Source: Malacoraja senta (lineage: Eukaryota). Taken from it: a stretch of DNA of 64,000 nt. The first letter of the stretch is position 1. Each line of letters opens with the position of its first letter. This document shows, piece by piece, positions 60,124-64,000 of this stretch. The position numbers and the translations under genes were made by a program. The stretch lies in assembly GCA_038087875.1 (NCBI GenBank), contig CM075979.1:15996001-16060000 (forward strand). Reading direction: 5' to 3'. Below the pieces are notes generated by a model. The model saw nothing but the letters and a program-made list of their open reading frames with translations, had not been told where the DNA came from and searched no databases.

Positions 60124-63100
60124 TAGTAAGATTAAATGAGAACTTACCAGTTTGAAGTTTGATCTTTATTTTATGAGGAGTTACGTTGGTGATTACATGA
60201 AGAAGACCCGTCAGGGCGCATGTACGTCAATCTTCAAAGCAGCGGTATGAAATCACAGATAACACAATATTTGAAGTAACATAATAAGATGAGCAACACG
60301 AGAACTACCATATGACCTTTTTATGAGAGAGGGTTGGGCGTGGCGGGCACGTAATCACCAATGTAACTCCTCATAAAATAAGGATCAAACTTCAAGCTGG
60401 TAAGTTCTCGTTTAATCTTAAAGGCCTGTCTCACGAGTCTGCGGTCATTGGCGGTGAAACGGGAAGAATCTGCCGCCATAGACCGCGCACTCGTGAGAAC
60501 GCACAATTCCGGGGCCGTGCGGCGGTGTTCCCAACACCGCACGGTGCTAAAATAAAACCTACACTGTTTAAAACTATATTCTTACCGCACAACCTCCACC
60601 AGTGATGCACGAGTGCGGCACGGCCGCCCGCACGGGCTGCCGCCAGTGTGGCTCGAGCGCCGTGCGTCAAACTTCCACTGCCACAGCCTCCGCCAGTGAG
60701 GCACGTGTGCGGCACGGCCGCAGGCACAGCCACCGCTACAGCGCCGCGATCAGGACGGCTGCCGCCACAGCCGCCGCTCGTGAGTCACGTGCGGCGGGCC
60801 GACGTCATCGCAGTCGGCCCGCCCTTTTTTTTACTTACCGCAAGCACGTGGGACCAGCCGTATTTGAATTACTCGGCCCCCGTGCAGCATCCGTGCGGCG
60901 CTCCCGTGGATAGGCTCGCCGCTCTCGCCGTTGCCGTGCGGTCCCCTCTACCGGCGACGCCGCGCTTCACCGCCGATGACCGCAAACAGGTAAGACAGAG
61001 CCTTTACTATTTTACTTCGGAGTCACGTGAGTGACTACGTGAAGGGTTCAAAGCTCTGTGATTTTATGCCGCAGATCCAAATCGCAGCTTCTCACTGCAT
61101 TGGTTGACTTTCGATGAGAAACAATCAATAATGCGTTAAACATGAAATTTGAATATCATGCAGTAACAATTGATTTGAATAATCAAAACAAACAGTAACC
61201 CCTCTATCGCAGGGGAAACTAAACAGGACTTAATACTGAATTTGCAAACAGCCTCTCGCCGATTGGCAAACAGCCGATGGTAAAAAAAATGTTTAACAAT
61301 TCATTTGACCACCCGGCACCTGAAAGAATATGGCCGATGTGAACATCCATCGCCCTAGCCGACGACGTTGCTGCTGCACTAGTGGAAAAGGATATATACA
61401 CTTCATTGTTAATACCTGCCTGAATCAACATTTGCTTTAAACCACCTTGAGATCGTATGCACTGACATTCTCCTGTGTGGCTACATGTAACTGATAAACA
61501 ATGCTGTTTCCACATTTCTTAAGGTCTTTGTAGCTTCAATATAATGAAAATAAATGTGCCATTACACATAAACATGGATCAGTAGGTTATGCTAAAACAC
61601 AATTTTAACAAACCTGTGACACCTGGCCTGCTCTGTTCGAGCAGGACGCAAATATAAAACATAACATTCTCTTCAGCAACTTCCATCCTGTCTAGCAGAA
61701 GCTTTTGCAAAATCTGCACTTGCTATGCTGAACCAATGCCATGAGCATAACCACTTTCATGATTAGTTTGGCAAATTCAGAGACGTGACAGGAACCTACT
61801 GTCGAAGCAACATGAGGACCACACTTACATCCCAGATCGTCATATACCTGGGTTTAGGAGGTTTAGAGTTGAAATTCCTTTCATCAATCCAGCTATGATA
61901 TGATGAAACCCAATAGGATCTTTCCTGACCTCATCAAAACCATACGAGGACAAAGCACTTAAAGCTGTATTAATGGTGCTATAACTGAGCCCCTCATCAT
62001 CGTAGAGTGTCAACAGGAACTCTAAAATATCCACAATACCTGCAGTACTATAGTCAATATTATTTTGCACCCAATATTGCTCCCATTTTTTTACATAAGT
62101 AATATACCCCTTTTGAGTACTCTTTCTCCAGGCTACAGTGAGCATGTCCACCGTTTGCCCAGGCAGTCCTTGCCCCAGGTATGGCCTTCTTAAAACCTGC
62201 AAATTAACAAGTCAATACGATCACATAACGGATGACTTTCCCGTGTTAGTGGATGCTCCAGTAAATTCCTACGCTTGGGAACCACCAAAAAGAGGTTGGA
62301 TCCCTAACTGTAACATCAAAGGGAACCATGCTTGATTCGGCCAATTAGGTATTACAAGCACCCCCAAAGCGGCATCCTGCTTGATTTCTTGCAGTCTCCG
62401 AACTATTCGGCAAAATGGTAGGAAAATATATAAAACATACCACCCCAATGTAACGACAAAGTATCAATTGCAACTGCCCCCTGGTCTGGTTCCCATGAAA
62501 CCTATTTAGGCTGCTGATGGTTGAACTTTGATGCAAAACAAATCGATATCTGGCATTCATATATAAGTACTATATTATTAAATACCTCCTGGTTCTACAT
62601 CCAATCTGTGTTGTCATGGAACTTTCGTGACTTGGCATCTGCTACTATGTAGAATCTACCTGGTAGATAAATAGCTGAAATATCTTTTTCAATGCACCAG
62701 GCCCAAATTTGATTAGCCAATCTGTCACAAGATGCCGACTTGATTCCACCGATGTGATTAATATATATGCCACTTACGTAGTATTGTCAATCTGAAACAA
62801 CATGCAGATTATATTTGTTAGAGCGATAAGCCTTATCCATAAAAACCTCTTAATAGTTAATAGCCCATGTCTGCAAAAGCGATGCCTCTTGCTCAGTCCA
62901 ACTGCCTCCACAGCTGAAACTCATATCCGTGACACCTCACCCGAGTGCACTGACATTCATCTGCAAAATCATGGAAGGCTGGTCATGCATTACCTTGCTA
63001 TAACTCGTGGACACATGGTGAATCCACCATTGCAAATCAGAAACAGCCTTTGCTGATAAATGCATGGGTCTATTATAATGACCCGAATGTATCCTTAATG

Positions 63101-64000
63101 CCTCCATTAGCTTGAAACAGCTGTCAATTAGCTGACCCTGGGCAGAGTCACTTAATTGAATCAATTGTGACCCAAATAGTCAGGTGTTAATTTGGATTTC
63201 TCTGGATGCATAATGCCCGATCTTTGAAAATTGGATTTAACAACTACCACGGGTTATTTCAGCTGTTCTCTTGGATACCCCTGTAATCAAGATATCATCG
63301 AGGTAAGCCATGAGCACCTGACCCTGGCCTCTCAGCATGCCTATTATAGGTTTTAACAATTTTGTTGCCATAGTTGATCCATCCAGGTGAATTTCAAATC
63401 CTTATCCTGCAAATAAACAGACATTGAGTAATGCGCATCTTTAAGCTCTATAGTCGCCATATAGCATCCTCTTGACCCAGTTGCTTGGCAGTGACAATTC
63501 CATCTTACAATGTCCATACTGCATCCCCCATCCTTTTTTGTCCTGGGAAAATATTAGACACAAATTGATGGGGTTGGTGAACCAACTTTACAATTACACC
63601 TTTATCACCTTAGCTTCCAAGCACAGTCTAAACATCCATCTGTTCTGTTAATGAAAACTGAATAGTTCTCCCAGGAACATGCTGAATGTGCAAATCACAA
63701 TTTGGATTGAACTCCATTCAAAACCTTTGAATAACACTCTGTATAAACAGAGCTGAGGTCATTTGCTTCCATTCATCCCAGAACAGATGTAATGTACCCC
63801 AGATTTAAGTTGTGTCACATTTGATGTGTGCACCTGAGAACCAGGCCCACCTACCTCCTTGGTACCTGGTGGATGACGTTGTCACCAGCTCCTGGCGGGA
63901 AAGCCGATGTTTGTAGGGGTACTTTCTTTTTTGGAAACTTGCCGACTGCCGGTGACTTGATCAAGCCCACCGTCTTTCCCTCGTCATCCATGTCCTTGAC
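60124..64000 (-). mobile_element. DIRS copy C (runs off the window end)
   Basis: Right ITR from 60124; ICR; YR, MT and RNase H colinear with copy A; RT core retained (AYLDDILI, YLDD at 63294-63305; IELKDAHYS). Confidence 0.92.
60421..61003. mobile_element. PIF/Harbinger-type MITE (second copy, opposite orientation)
   Basis: TTA TSD at 60418-60420 and 61004-61006; homologous to 49826-50388. Confidence 0.87.

Overview
Vertebrate nuclear DNA, almost certainly from a cartilaginous fish (skate/ray-like). The basis is about a dozen HE1-type V-SINEs with CR1/HER1 tails, plus CR1, Rex1/Babar, L1, RTE, Penelope and DIRS elements. The window is probably intronic or intergenic and is dominated by transposons. 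No intact host gene is evident; there are only two weak candidate exons and some enhancer-like unique stretches. Main elements: a non-autonomous Helitron carrying a 64-bp satellite (3842-6211); three copies of one DIRS tyrosine-recombinase retroelement family (8451-13186, 19338-20776, 60124-end); a 5'-truncated RTE; a young Penelope RT-GIY-YIG copy; full-length decayed L1 and CR1 (esterase ORF1) elements; and two Harbinger MITEs. The most interesting signals are RNA structures on tiny non-coding retroelements. (1) A 129-bp TSD-flanked element (22148-22276, minus) consists of a ~53-nt HDV-like ribozyme fold plus an (AAG)n LINE tail. (2) A Penelope-derived short family carries a minimal hammerhead core, and two copies inserted as fold-back dimers. 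(3) Three ~0.85-kb GC-rich elements share a G-U-rich hairpin but carry tails from different LINE clades. All coordinates were read by eye and may be off by a few bases. No database searches were run.
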